DNA from: Setoptus koraiensis
Taxonomy: Eukaryota > Animalia > Arthropoda
Assembly (NCBI GenBank): GCA_048013815.1
Contig: CM106585.1
Location: 13,888,001-13,952,000, forward strand
Length of the DNA stretch: 64,000 bases
Direction: 5' to 3'
The translations under genes and the position numbers were made by a program. The notes under the pieces are model-generated. The model made no database searches. It was given only the letters and a program-made list of their open reading frames with translations, and was not told the DNA's origin. Shown here piece after piece: positions 12,554-28,224 of this stretch (positions within the stretch are counted from its first letter, which is position 1; the number at the start of each line of letters is the position of its first letter).

Positions 12554-15397
12554 ATGTCGAACCAATGGAATAATGACGGCATGGAGGGCCTCATTGCAGT
12601 GGTCAATAGGCTGCACGAGGCCTTTAATAGCATAGGAACCAATTTAGCTTTAGATTTGCCACAAATAGCCGTCATAGGCGGACAATCGGCCGGTAAATCT
12701 TCCGTATTAGAGAATTTCGTTGGTAAGGACTTTTTGCCCAGAGGTTCGGGCATAGTTACAAGACGACCGCTTATATTGCAATTAATCTATTCCCCAGATG
12801 TGGAATATGCAGAATTTGCGCATTGCAGAAGCAAAAAATTCACCGATTTCGATATGGTCTGCAAAGAAATTCAAGACGAAACAGATAGAACCACTGGCAA
12901 TAACAAGGGTATCTCGCCTATACCCATTAGTTTGAGGATTCACTCGCCTCACGTTCTCAATTTGACCCTCATAGATTTGCCCGGACTAACCAAAGTGCCC
13001 GTTGGCGATCAACCGCCCGATATTGAAAATCAAATACGTGAAATGATATTAACATTTATTAAACGTGATAATTGCTTGATTTTGGCTGTCACACCAGCCA
13101 ACCAAGATCTGGCCACTAGTGATGCGCTTAAATTGTCCAAAGAGGTCGATCCTGATGGCATAAGAACCATCGGTGTTATGACTAAGCTAGATCTTATGGA
13201 CGCAGGCACGGATGCGCGCGATATTCTCGAAAATAAACTATTCCCACTGAGACGTGGCTACATTGGTGTTATAAACAGATCTCAAAAAGATATTGATGGC
13301 AAAAAAGACATAAAGGCTTCACTTGAGAACGAACGTAAATACTTCATGAACCATCCCTCCTACAATCACATGGCCGATCGTTGTGGAACACCATACTTAC
13401 AACGTGTACTCAATCAACAACTCACTAATCATATTAGAGACAATTTACCAAGCTTGAGAGACAAGCTTCAAAAACAATTGCTTAGTTTAGAGAAAGAAGT
13501 AGAGGAATTTAAACACTTTCAAGCCGATGATCCTTCACGAAAGACAAAAGCGATGCTCCAAATGATACAGCAATTGCAAAATGAATTTGAGCGTTCCATC
13601 GAGGGCTCTGGTAACTCTACTATCAACACAGCTGAGTTATCTGGTGGTGCACGAATCAACAGGCTTTTCCATGAGAGATTTCCCTTTGAGATAGCCAAAA
13701 TGGAGTGTGACGAGAAGGAGCTTAGGCGTAACATCGCTTTTGCTATACGCAATATACACGGTGTAAGGGTAGGCCTTTTCACGCCTGATATGGCCTTCGA
13801 AGCTATTGTTAAAGGACAGATATCACGGTTGCGAGAGCCGTCATTGAAGTGTGTCGATCTTGTAATATTGGAGTTGAGTAATGTACTCAAAAGATGCGCT
13901 GAGCGTATGAATCGTTACCCAAGACTTCGAGATGAAATTGAGAGAATTATCAATAATCACATAAGAGATAGAGAGAACTTGCTTAAAGATCAGCTATCTT
14001 TATTAGTTGAAGTTCAACTAGCTTATATGAACACAAATCACGAGGATTTCATCGGATTCACAAACGCACAACATAATGCGGACAAGCAACCACAAACTGG
14101 ACAAAGGAAGGTGGGCAACCAAGTCATCAGAAAGGGTTGGATGTGTATACATAACTTAGGATACTTGCGTGGCGCAAATAAAGGTTATTGGTTCGTTCTG
14201 ACTGCCGAATCATTGTGCTGGTATAAAGACGAGGAAGAAAAAGATAAAAAGTACATGCTCCCTTTAGATAACTTGAAAATAAGGGACATCGAGTCTGGCT
14301 TTATGTCGAGACGATCAACTTTTTGTTTGTTTAGCACCGAAAATCGCAACGTTTATCGAGATCTCAGAACATTAGACTTGTCATGCGAGTCTATAGAAGA
14401 TGTAGACTCCTGGAAAGCATCATTTTATCGAGCTGGTGTGTACTTGGAGCGAGCGGCAACAAACGAAAATGGATCAACTGGTGAGGCAGGCCTTGATGAG
14501 GCCACCAGCACTGTAAACACATCATTGGATCCACTGTTAGAAAGACAAGTAGAGACTATTCGAAACTTGGTTGACTCTTATATGAAAATTGTCACCAAGA
14601 CGTTTAGAGATTTGGTACCCAAATTTATCATGCACATGATGATAAATTCAACGAAAGAATACATGTTTACGGAACTTTTAGCTAGTTTATATGCACAAGG
14701 CGATCAGGCCTCTCTCATGGAGGAATCACCCGAGGAGGAGAGGCGACGCAAGGAACTACTTGCAACCTATCACGCCTGTAAAGAGGCTTTGAGAATAATA
14801 AGCGAAGTAAATATGAAAACTATATCTGTTCCAGCTCCCCCTCCTGTTAAAAATGATTGGATACCGACACCGTCGCCTGCACCAACATCGTCGCCATCAC
14901 CGGCAGCATCATTATCAACTATAAAAAGTAGTTCATCGTCGTCATCCAACAGTAACTTCTCAAGTACCAACAGTACAATTTCAGTTGCAGCACCATTGAA
15001 TCTGTTTAGTCAAAACAACATTAGCAACAATAACAACAGCAATCAATATAATAATCACAATCATCAGAATATCCAATCAAATAATACTGCTAACAGTAAT
15101 AGTACTCATCACCACCAGCCCATCCATCAAGCAAGAATACTAGAACCTAGCATACTTCAGCCTCAACCTCCTCCGCCCCCGCCCCAGAATCAGATATTGC
15201 AACCAACGATATTGCAGCCCACAAGAGAACAGCCTCCGGTTCCCCCGCATCAAGGGCGCTTGCCACCGCCTCTACCCGGCAGGCCGGCCCCATCTATTCC
15301 AAACAGGAGCGCACCAGAGAGACCAAAAGCCACCAATTTGCCCTCAATTCCGCCACGAGTTCAGTCGGGCATAGTTAATCATCAATACAATCGTTAA
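12554..15397 (+). CDS. shi: Classical dynamin (shibire orthologue), 947 aa, intronless
   Basis: G1 [30 protein letters not shown]; middle domain; PH domain (IRKGW...[23 protein letters not shown]); GED ([14 protein letters not shown]); Pro-rich C-terminus. Confidence 0.98.
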   Translation: MSNQWNNDGMEGLIAVVNRLHEAFNSIGTNLALDLPQIAVIGGQSAGKSSVLENFVGKDFLPRGSGIVTRRPLILQLIYSPDVEYAEFAHCRSKKFTDFDMVCKEIQDETDRTTGNNKGISPIPISLRIHSPHVLNLTLIDLPGLTKVPVGDQPPDIENQIREMILTFIKRDNCLILAVTPANQDLATSDALKLSKEVDPDGIRTIGVMTKLDLMDAGTDARDILENKLFPLRRGYIGVINRSQKDIDGKKDIKASLENERKYFMNHPSYNHMADRCGTPYLQRVLNQQLTNHIRDNLPSLRDKLQKQLLSLEKEVEEFKHFQADDPSRKTKAMLQMIQQLQNEFERSIEGSGNSTINTAELSGGARINRLFHERFPFEIAKMECDEKELRRNIAFAIRNIHGVRVGLFTPDMAFEAIVKGQISRLREPSLKCVDLVILELSNVLKRCAERMNRYPRLRDEIERIINNHIRDRENLLKDQLSLLVEVQLAYMNTNHEDFIGFTNAQHNADKQPQTGQRKVGNQVIRKGWMCIHNLGYLRGANKGYWFVLTAESLCWYKDEEEKDKKYMLPLDNLKIRDIESGFMSRRSTFCLFSTENRNVYRDLRTLDLSCESIEDVDSWKASFYRAGVYLERAATNENGSTGEAGLDEATSTVNTSLDPLLERQVETIRNLVDSYMKIVTKTFRDLVPKFIMHMMINSTKEYMFTELLASLYAQGDQASLMEESPEEERRRKELLATYHACKEALRIISEVNMKTISVPAPPPVKNDWIPTPSPAPTSSPSPAASLSTIKSSSSSSSNSNFSSTNSTISVAAPLNLFSQNNISNNNNSNQYNNHNHQNIQSNNTANSNSTHHHQPIHQARILEPSILQPQPPPPPPQNQILQPTILQPTREQPPVPPHQGRLPPPLPGRPAPSIPNRSAPERPKATNLPSIPPRVQSGIVNHQYNR

Positions 15398-16513
15398 ACA
15401 CCCATTTCAATCAATTAGTTATGACGGGCAAAGTTTTACATGTTTAGACTGTATAAATAGCAACAACTGTGTCTACATATGAACACTGGACTCGTTTAGT
15501 GTACATCTTATGTCAATGTCTCTTTGAACACCTTCATGATATTCATCATCCACACAAACACCACGGAATGGCTTTTAATTAGAGAACATATGCACTTTAT
15601 GCTGGCATGCCGCTAATTGATAATATGAGCTCTCAATGGAGCAATAAGTCACTTATATCACTGATCAAATTGAGGTCCCAACACACATATAGATTTGAAA
15701 CAAGTTAGTGCAGCAGGCTGCACTAGGATGGCTTCTTGGAACTTTCGCTCACTTCAAATCAATACATGTGCAGCTTGTAATCACCATGATGCTGCAAATG
15801 TAAATCATGCAGTGAGCTCATATTACACACTGAGTCATTTCCGTATCCGACGTAATACAATCAACTGAAATTTTCAAGTCAACCCTCGGTCTATTTGTAC
15901 CATCAATCATCTAATACCGATCTCTACATACTGCTGCTGCAACGACAATCAAGAAACATATTGAATGATGGCCTGTCACATTGAAAACAAAACCAAGTCT
16001 AATCTCTAGACTGTGGCTATGTTTATGGAAAGTCACTAATGAGAAATCATTTCACTATTCTCAATCACACAACTAGCAACTCCAACTATTTAAATGTATG
16101 AAAATTTATTGAACCTAATAATCAAAGATTAGCACACATATTCGACACATGGAATATGAGAATATATGTATAAGATGAAGAATATGCAGAGAAACAAATA
16201 TTAATATATCTAATTTTAAACTATCCAATCAGAGCCATGTCCAAGATAGACATCGGCTGACTATTCTGAAAAGTAAGAAAGCATTGAGGTTGAGATCAAT
16301 TTGTGAGGCTATCGGAGATAACAAGCAATAGAGTATATCTATCAATCGAGTTCATTCTATTATTACGAACGTGAACAAAATCAACACAACAGCGTCCATG
16401 AAAGTATGTTGAATCACTTTGCTGCTTTTTGTAATCCTAGAATGATTTTTAATTCTTGTTTTTGTTCATCATAAGAATTAAAGGGGTATATTGATACTTT
16501 GTTACAATTAAAC

Positions 16514-19649
<3,136 letters not shown>

Positions 19650-19970
19650 TCAGACGAATTGTCAAATGGCAAATGATCAACTCAATGCCGTGCTTGTTTG
19701 CTCGTGCCACAAAGTGATCAATCGGCACTTCGATCATCTCAGGTGAGCCAACAGCAACGGTGTGTGTTGTTGTTGTCGTTGTTGTTGTTGCTGTTGTTAC
19801 TGTTGTGTTATAACGTTGAAGTAAGCTCGTTTGTTGATTTAGCAGTGTCCAGCAGTGTCTAGCAGTGTTCAGCGGTGTGTGTCTGCTCAACGTCTAATCC
19901 TCGTGACATACCGTTTATAGAAAGATGAACGACATATGACAGACAAACAGACACACAGGCAAGCTTGTCA

Positions 19971-20044
19971 GGGGGGGGGGGGACAGGCGGGCACGGGAGT
20001 AAAAGTAACACATTGTGTGTGAGCAGTGGCAGAAGGGGGGGGGG
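19971..20044. repeat. Two poly(G) tracts (G12 at 19971-19982, G10 at 20035-20044) upstream of Fezf
   Basis: Read directly from sequence. Confidence 0.85.
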
Positions 20045-20610
20045 AGGCGAATCAGAATCGCGCCAGTATGATGGGTCTTTTGTAATTGTTCAGCAGTGGT
20101 ACACGTTTTAGTGACATTTCGCAATTGTAGTACTTCACAACACAAAGTAGCCATTTGCTGCTAATACGACGACGACATACAAGTACATGTTTATTTTTGT
20201 TGTTGTCGTTGTAGTTGTCGTTGTTGCTGCTGTCGTTGTTGCTGTTGTTGTTGTCGTTGTTGGCTTGTTTGCGCCGGTTTCGCTGACAGCAACAGCAGCA
20301 ACAACAACAGCAACGACAACAACTGCAGCCGCTGCAACGCCGACGACTGCAACAACAACAGCAACTACAACGGCATACGACAGTCACACAAAGAGCACCC
20401 AATGTACCAATTGAAACGGGGCCTCGCTTCTCGAAACGACCTCTCGCTCTTGCGCTGGCCCCACAAACCAATATCCACGCTGGCTGCGCAATGCCAGTGC
20501 GCCTATTAAAGGGGGCCCCCGTTTTGCGACAAAAGCTTCTTTTGATACTGCCACTCTGTTGTCGGACACCATCTGATGCAATCGTGCTATCATTAGCGCT
20601 TCGCGATGAT

Positions 20611-20676
20611 TGCCGTCCCTATGCCGTCCCTATGCCGTCCCTATGCCGTCCCTATGCCGTCTCTATGCCGTCTCTA
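20611..20676. repeat. 11-bp tandem repeat TGCCGTC(C/T)CTA x6
   Basis: Four C-type copies followed by two T-type copies. Confidence 0.95.
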
Positions 20677-20967
20677 GGCTGGCTCTATATCCCTATATGG
20701 TGCATACCATATAAAGATATATATATATATATAACATATAAAGAGATATATATATACCATCACGAAGATATATGTGCCATCGCAAAGGTATAACAAAGGT
20801 TATGTACCACGGGCAGATATATATAGGGAGAGAGAGAGAGAAGCCAAAGGCAAACGAGAGACGACAAACAAACAGCAACATTGTCTGAGACAACGACACA
20901 CGACAAGTGGCTTGCTGTTGCGCAAGTTGCGTCATCACTCGCTCGCCAGCTTCATTGGCTTGACACT

Positions 20968-21015
20968 TGATGCTGCCGGCTCATGATGCTGCCGGCTCAT
21001 GATGCTGCCGGCTCA
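20968..21015. repeat. 16-bp tandem repeat TGATGCTGCCGGCTCA x3
   Basis: Three identical copies. Confidence 0.95.
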
Positions 21016-22201
21016 TAATACGGCCGGCAGTGTCGCGACTTTGGTAAGACAGAAAATCAATCAAACGAGCACAGTGCAAACAATGCAAGGTTTGCTTGCA
21101 TCGCCAGTGGCGACTTGCGACACAAATTGTGGCCAGACAATTGTGACAACTCAATTACACCCACAATTGACCAACTTAACTAAACCAACGCTCGGCCTAT
21201 ATCGTGTCATGCCATTGTGTAACATAATCCGTCGTGACATAATACAATATAATAATACAACAAACTAATCTAGCGGCCGATGATTAATCGTTTGTATACT
21301 CACTGTCTGCTTGCTAATAACTCACTATTGCGGCTACTATTACACATGTGAGACACTGTCAGACATTATGAGACAGTATGTGACAGCATTAGACAGTATA
21401 GGCTGGTTGGAATTGATCCTTTCTGGTGCCACTGTCGCGATCGGTGCGACAAACAAATTGCCGGGCTCAATGTTGACTCGACACTCATTTAAGTCGGCCA
21501 ATTTCCGCCACTCGTCGGCCACAACTGACAAACTGACAACCGACGAAACTGACGAAACCAACGAAACAAACGATATCGACACACCGACGAAACTGACACA
21601 CCGATAGTGACTCTCGGCTCATAAACTGATAAACTGGCGCAGAGAAGTGGAAATTGTAAAATTGGCAACACTGACTGAGTTGGGCCGCCGGTTGTCGCCG
21701 CATCTTTGTTATTGCCAATCGGGCCGGTTCGTGTGACAGCGCCACCACCGATGTCGTCGGGTCGTGTCATCGATCGCGCCACAATCGGCCCAGTGAGCCG
21801 ACCATTGGCACCATTGGCAGCTCCGGCCCCCCTGGCCCCATCGACACAAATCCGGTGCGTCAGTGTGTCCAAGTGTTAACATGCTGGCAGCGCAACTATC
21901 GGCGTGTTGTAAGTGGATTAAATGTGCACTCGCCTATATGGAGTGACAATAATACCGCCCTGCTCTATACTGCCTATATTGCGCCCCCTTTATCCAGTTG
22001 CCACACATACGCGACACTAGACGGAAACCCTGTAAACAGGGCACACATAGACCGGAAATCGATCGACCAGTAATCGAATGAGGCAGCTCGACAAGCTTGT
22101 TTGTGGCGCCTCGTCTCCAGTCAATAAATAAGATAAAATGAGATAAATAAATTTGTTGCCGACACCGCAAACCACTATCACATTGGCAATATGCGCCCGC
22201 C

Positions 22202-22289
22202 GATATCAGCCAATATCAGTCAGCCGATATCAGCCAATATCAGTCAGCTGATATCTGTCATTATCAGTCAGCTGATATCTGTCAATATC
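22202..22289. repeat. 24-bp tandem repeat GATATC(A/T)G(C/T)CAATATCAGTCAGC(C/T) x3.6
   Basis: Units at 22202, 22226, 22250, 22274 with stepwise divergence. Confidence 0.9.
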
Positions 22290-22800
22290 TGCCGGCTTGT
22301 GTCTGGCAACGTCTGGCGATATCTGTCAATATCGGGCAGATTTGGGCGAGAGTCTGGCAGAGTCTGGCAGAGTCGACTGTGAGTCTTGCAAGCGAGATTA
22401 GTTTTGAGGGGATTAGTTTTGGCACTTGGGCGCTCAGTTCAAACGGTCAAGCCGACTAGTTGATAATATAGCCAGCAATTGGCAGGAATGGAGCGAAAGC
22501 AAAATGAATTGTCGTCTCTGATTGATTGTCGGCAACGGGTTGGTGCCGGCCAGACAGTTTGTCGCTATTTTAAACCGACGCTAATTCACACAGATGCCAG
22601 CCAGTCTGACGCTAGGGGTTTTGTGGCGACGTTTTGTGGCGCGTTGTCGCTCGATTAGACAATGCGAATCGCGTGTTTGGATCAAATGTGACCGAACGAA
22701 AGGTGTCAAAAGAATCACGCCATTATCGCCACTGGGCCAATTTGGGCGCACAATTGCTCGGCGCGGGCATTCTTGCAACGCCGACACCTCGAGCCGCGAC

Positions 22801-22890
22801 GGCAACAACAGCGACAACAACAGCGACAACAACAGCGACAACAACAGCGACAACAGCGACAACAACAGCGACAACGGCAACAACAACAAT
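22801..22890 (+). repeat. 12-bp (GACAACAACAGC)n / CAA microsatellite
   Basis: Read directly from sequence. Confidence 0.9.
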
Positions 22891-24896
22891 GAACAACAAT
22901 GCACAAATGCAGCCGATGCAGCACATGACGGTCACCGTAAACACAATCGATGGTTGGCGTATTGAATAAAATGCCGTACGCGCACCACAAAAGCAAACAA
23001 CAACAACAACAACAACAACAATTGTCAAACTATGCCACGAATGTGCGTTGGCGTGAAATATGAAACCCGCAAACGCTAATTGCCTGTCACAGATAACCAG
23101 TGACTGGAGACACCTACAAATTTGCTAAACACGCCAAATGTGTCACAAATGTGACAAATATCCAAGTGTTTGCACACACTCTATTCAACGGTTTGTTGGC
23201 CAGTCTATTCAACGACATTCAATGATACGATTCAACAATGTTCAGTAATGTTCAGTGGGCGACTCTATTGAATATTATTGATACACCGGCGTGATTTGTC
23301 AATGATTGTCAATGGTCAGCGCGGCCAGTAGCGCCCACAATTGAAATCACTGTTCAGTTTCTCTATTGGGTGCCGCCTACAGTTGTGTAGGCCTACCTTT
23401 GTGTTGTCGTGCTCGATGTTGCAATTTTGTCAAACGAAAGCGAACCGGTCAGCACCCTAGCGCCCGTGCACGGCACTGCAAAATTCACAACAACAACAAC
23501 AACAACAACAATGGTGACAGCACAATCTGCGGCCAATTAAGCTGGCGTCATTAGAGCGTCACCTATAACTTGTAGCCTACAACTAGTAGGCTACAACTCG
23601 TGGGCGCATTTGTAGCTCGGCGCCTGCCACTGCCACTCGCCACTCGCCGGGCGCTCCTCGGGCGCCCCACTGTCTGTCCGAGGAACGAGACGATGAAATG
23701 AGGTCTGCGCCATGAATCGCGTGCCATTATCGAGCCACTTTGGCCAGTTAGGCGGCCAGTTATGCAGAGTGCTATGCACAGATGAATGTGCCCCAGTTAG
23801 AGTTGTCTGGCCTCGCCAAGCGCCAATCAAGACACAACACAGTCACAATTGTGACGCAACCCCAACAACAGTGTCGTGCACATATGCGACCTTTGGGCTA
23901 TTCATTTGTTTGTTGGCTGCTGGCATGCGGCCGCGTTGTGGGGGCGCTCATTATTGTTGCATCATCATTGTTGAATGTTACTGTAGCAACACTACACTGA
24001 ATTTTCAATTGAGGCGTAGGGGGCGCACCTCACACACACTTGCGCTGGCTCGCTGTCTAAATTTCGCTCTAAATATAGCATATCTGCAGCAAGGTCACTG
24101 CACGCGTACATAACAGTGGATGCGCAATAGCAGTGAGTCGCTTTGGGGCGCCTCGAGGGTCTCGAGTCGGGCCCATAGGAGACAGTGATATAAATAGGAT
24201 TATAGGTTGAGTGCGCAACAAGGTAACATGATTGCAAACACATAATTGCATCACCGTGTGTGCATAATGCACGCGATATAATGCAAAAATGAACTGTCAG
24301 TCATTTTTGCGCTGTCATTGTCGATTCTCGATTGTCAAGTTTCAATGATTAGCCGACAGGCACAACAATGACAACACAAGCGCGATGGGGCCACAATGGC
24401 TAATCGTTGAGTACGCCGCGTACGTTGAGTGGCGCGGGTCGAGTTAGTCGCATTAGTGGTGCCATAGATCGTGCATATCGCACAAGCTGGCTGAGGACTG
24501 TGTAAACACTGGCCGGTAAATGCCGGTGCTTTATTGGCTGCTATTGGCCGACTACCAGCGCCCGACTACCAGTGGCTGGTGCGCCAATGAAGCGCGCCAC
24601 AAATGCGCACCCAAATGCCTCGAATTAGTCGCTCTTGACAATGACGGCGGCACAAACAATATTTTCTCTTTTTGGCGTCCCTTGTTATCTCATTGCATTC
24701 CTTTTCGTTCTGTTGCTCTGCCATTATGCCCTTTTCATGGCCCTTGTTTGCGTTCGCGCGCTGCTGTTCGCTTTGCCCGGCCGGCCTCGTCGGCCCGTTC
24801 GGCTTCGTCGGCCCGTTCGGCTTCGTTTGCCCGTTCGCTTTCGTCGGCCCGCTCGGGCCCGCGCGGCCACACCGAACCGACCCAGACGGCGGCCTC

Positions 24897-24957
24897 CGAA
24901 CGGCCGAACTATCGAATCTTCGAACGGCCGAACTATCGAATCTTCGAACGGCCGAAC
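24897..24957. repeat. 24-bp tandem repeat CGAACGGCCGAACTATCGAATCTT x2.5
   Basis: Identical contiguous units; explains triple overlapping ORFs at 24520-25247. Confidence 0.9.
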
Positions 24958-27900
24958 GTTCGAATGCTCAAATATTCAAAGAGAGCGCGCGCTCGAACGG
25001 CACCGAGAAGCCCCACGCGGCGGGCGAACCCGTCAGAGCGAGCCCAGAAGAGGAATGTTCTCAGACCGCAAGCCAGACAACTATTTTGACAGTGGCCATG
25101 AACAACTGTCACCGACTGTCGCTCACTCGCGCCTTGTCGCCTCGTCATCTCGGCCCAATGTTACCGATTAGCGATACCTGGTGGCCGATGGAACCTAATT
25201 CAGTGTCGTTGTTACGCGACAACAAACCGACAACTGAAAACAAGTAACAGTGAGTCAATTTGCGCACCCATCGGTTTTTGGCGTCGCGGTTGTTGTTACT
25301 TACACCCGATTACAGTTGTTAATAACAAGATTTTGAGCAAACAAACGGTTGGCTCCTTTGAGCGGACCGTTTGTTGCGACGAGCGCGCATCATGAGCTGT
25401 CGTCGTGTGTCCACTATTAATAATAATCGGCTCTCTCTCTCTCTCTCATTGTATCATCACTTGCTTGCTCGCAACAGTGATTGATTCATCCAGCAATCAC
25501 TGCCCATTATGCTCGTGATGCAAACTCATGACGCGGCCCCATCTAATGCAAACTCTGGCGGCCAACATTGGCCGCCATTATCGGCTTTGACACACACGGC
25601 TAATCTCATTCTATCCGCTCTCTTCTGTTGGGGCGCCGCCACCCGGCAAATCCCTTCGGCAAACCCAAACACTATATACGCCGCCACTACACACATAATA
25701 CGTATATATAATATAGCCGCTGCTGTAATATAGTTGCAGACCATGTAGCCATGTTGCCATATAGCACCCAGTGCGCCGCGAGCGCATCATTAGTGTGCGT
25801 CTATTCAGTTAAAGTGGCAATGTCAGCCAGTGGCGAGCAACCGTGCCAAACAACAGTGCACCCAAGTTGCAATTCGCAGTCGGACTCGATTCACAAATCT
25901 GTTGTTCTGTTGTCGAGTTGTCATGTTGTTTTGTCATGTTCCCGTTCCCGTTCCCGTTTGTGTTGTCCCACAAACAAACTGTTTGCACCAGACAAGCAAT
26001 CCCAACTGGCCCGACACCGCTACCATTTTACAACCTCTCACAACGACAGCAACAGCAACAGCAAGCTGAAAACAACTGCCGGTTATAGGCCGTCCCAGCC
26101 CCCTCTTTACAATTTCGGATATTGCACACAACATTTAGACAAACACACGCAAACGCGCACACGCACACCGACATGAATGGAAAATTAAATTCTAGTCTCT
26201 TGAGGATGCGACCATTCGTAGTTGTTGTGGCTCACAAACAAGCGTGTTGTTGTCGTTGTTGTTGTCGCTGTTGCTGTTGTTGTTGCTGTTGTTGTGGGTG
26301 CTGCTGTTGTTGTTGTTGCTGCTGTCGCTGGTGGCGGTGGTGGTGTGTGTGGCTGTCGCATTGTATGGCGACTATAACAGTTGTAGTCATTATGCTAATC
26401 ACATGCGCCACTTCCATGTGTCATGTTTATAAACAAGCCCACATCCATCTATAATGAGTTGTCACCGAATGTTGGGCCCACAATACTAGGTGCTTGAGTC
26501 AATTAGAGTGTTTGTTTACCTGCCACTAGCAGTGCTTGCAACTCAGTGGCCGATGCGATTTCCACCCACTTCACTGGATCCCCATATTTGGGTGTCGCGA
26601 AATGTCAGTTTCTTTGTAGTTGTCGTCAAAGGCAACGCTGCTGTTGTTGTCGTTGTTGCTGTTAGCCTTGTTTGGTTTAGTTTTTCTATTCGGGCGCTGT
26701 TTGTGTGTCGACCTTGTAGCTGCTGCCAATTTATATTCATGATGGTCTTGTTCATGGTGACCTGATCTCACTAGTGTTGCCGCCGTGGCCTCATGGCACT
26801 GTGTTATAATTGTGTTTGCTCATGTTCATCGCCGTATCATGTACAAACGTTCGCTTGTAATCATTATTTGTTACGTTCTTCTCATTGTTGTTGGTGCTGC
26901 TCGGTTCATCCGAGCAGAACACATTATCTTTTATTTGACAACAAACACACAAACAAACATCTTTCACCCAAAGAGGATATAGGCTCTCCCACATGAACTC
27001 TAGAATCAAAGAGCCAAGACAAATGCGTCCGATCACTATACACAAAACAGCAACAACAATGGTACAATATGGTATCATAGCAAACTCTGCCTTACAAGAG
27101 AGGGCGAGGGACAGAGAGAGAAAGAAAGAGCCGTCGAGAGAGAAAAGAGGATCATTTCTGTTTCTCGAGGTGATGATTCTATTAGCCGCGACAATTCGAT
27201 TAAATAGACGACATCTTCATATGTCAGCATAGAGTGCAAGAAAAACTCTTGTTTGGTCGGCAAAAGATAATGCTCACATTGGAGCGCTATCTAACATATC
27301 TGCGATATCCAAAGCAGAGCAAACAGGAAATAATATGCTCGATAGAAACCTATATGGTGTGTAGAAGATATACCTTGACATGGCATTCGTAATCGCAAAT
27401 ATAATAAATAGGGTCTGGTAGTAAAGAAAGTGATATTATCCATTGGCTAGTATATATTTTGGTCTCTCCTAGTCTATACGGTCAGGGCGAACACAGTTGC
27501 TTTTAGATTTTGTGAAGTTTGTAGCGCTGCTCAATCTGGAACTACTTGTTGCATAATCAATCAGAGCCACCAAAAGATCCACTAACCCATACAGAGAAAA
27601 GTGAAATCGCAAATTCAATTTTCAATTAATGTGGTTGCGCTTATGTGATAGTAATGATTAACACGCCAGAGCAAGCATAATGGACAAGCTTAGTTGTAGA
27701 AGACTACAATTTATACAATATTTATCGCCATCATTGTGATATCGAGGACGTATTAGTTAACGTATCTGATTAGAATCAATTCATTATTGATCATTATTAT
27801 GTGTTTGTCTGATTATTACAATTGTACACTGTGTATGGTATAAACTGTCGATTTGGGATAATTTGTTTCACTTTAATAACGTACATATGAGTAGTAGGTG

Positions 27901-28224
27901 TCCCCAAAGTGGATATGTCTAACTTGAATTGTTTTATATATTGTGGGACTTTCAAAATAGAAGAGCAGATTACCTGTTATGTGTATATATATACTAATCA
28001 CCATTGCTCTAGATCCTACAATTCAACTCAAGTGAGCACACTCGAAATGTTACAAACTGATGACTTCCAACCGAAGACCATTCGAATTTCCTGCTAACCA
28101 AAATAATATAGATATTAATAGCAATAATAATAATAGTAATAATAATAATATCAATAATGATAATAATGTGATCATATATATTTATATGCTTGTTGTCTAG
28201 CAATTTGTTTAATACGTCACTGAC

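Noticed and set aside
13519-13890. Antisense ORFs inside dynamin, CCDC93, pum, the giant ORF and AhR
   Set aside because: Shadow frames of real coding sequence
15706-15725. Perfect 9-bp inverted repeat TAGTGCAGC-AG-GCTGCACTA between dynamin and Fezf
   Set aside because: Too short for a pre-miRNA; a single short hairpin is expected by chance in 64 kb
24897-24957. 20-24 bp direct repeats (also 5904, 22202, 55140) as a possible CRISPR array
   Set aside because: Units are contiguous with no unique spacers, no cas genes, and the context is eukaryotic
26000-28224. Pumilio autoregulatory elements (UGUAHAUA) in its own 3' UTR
   Set aside because: No exact match found on the minus strand by manual scan; near-matches only, and the scan was not exhaustive
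28009-28224. In-frame 72-codon extension after the pum TGA (possible readthrough adding a poly-Ile helix)
   Set aside because: Stop context is TGA-G rather than leaky TGA-C, and the open frame is due to an ATT microsatellite
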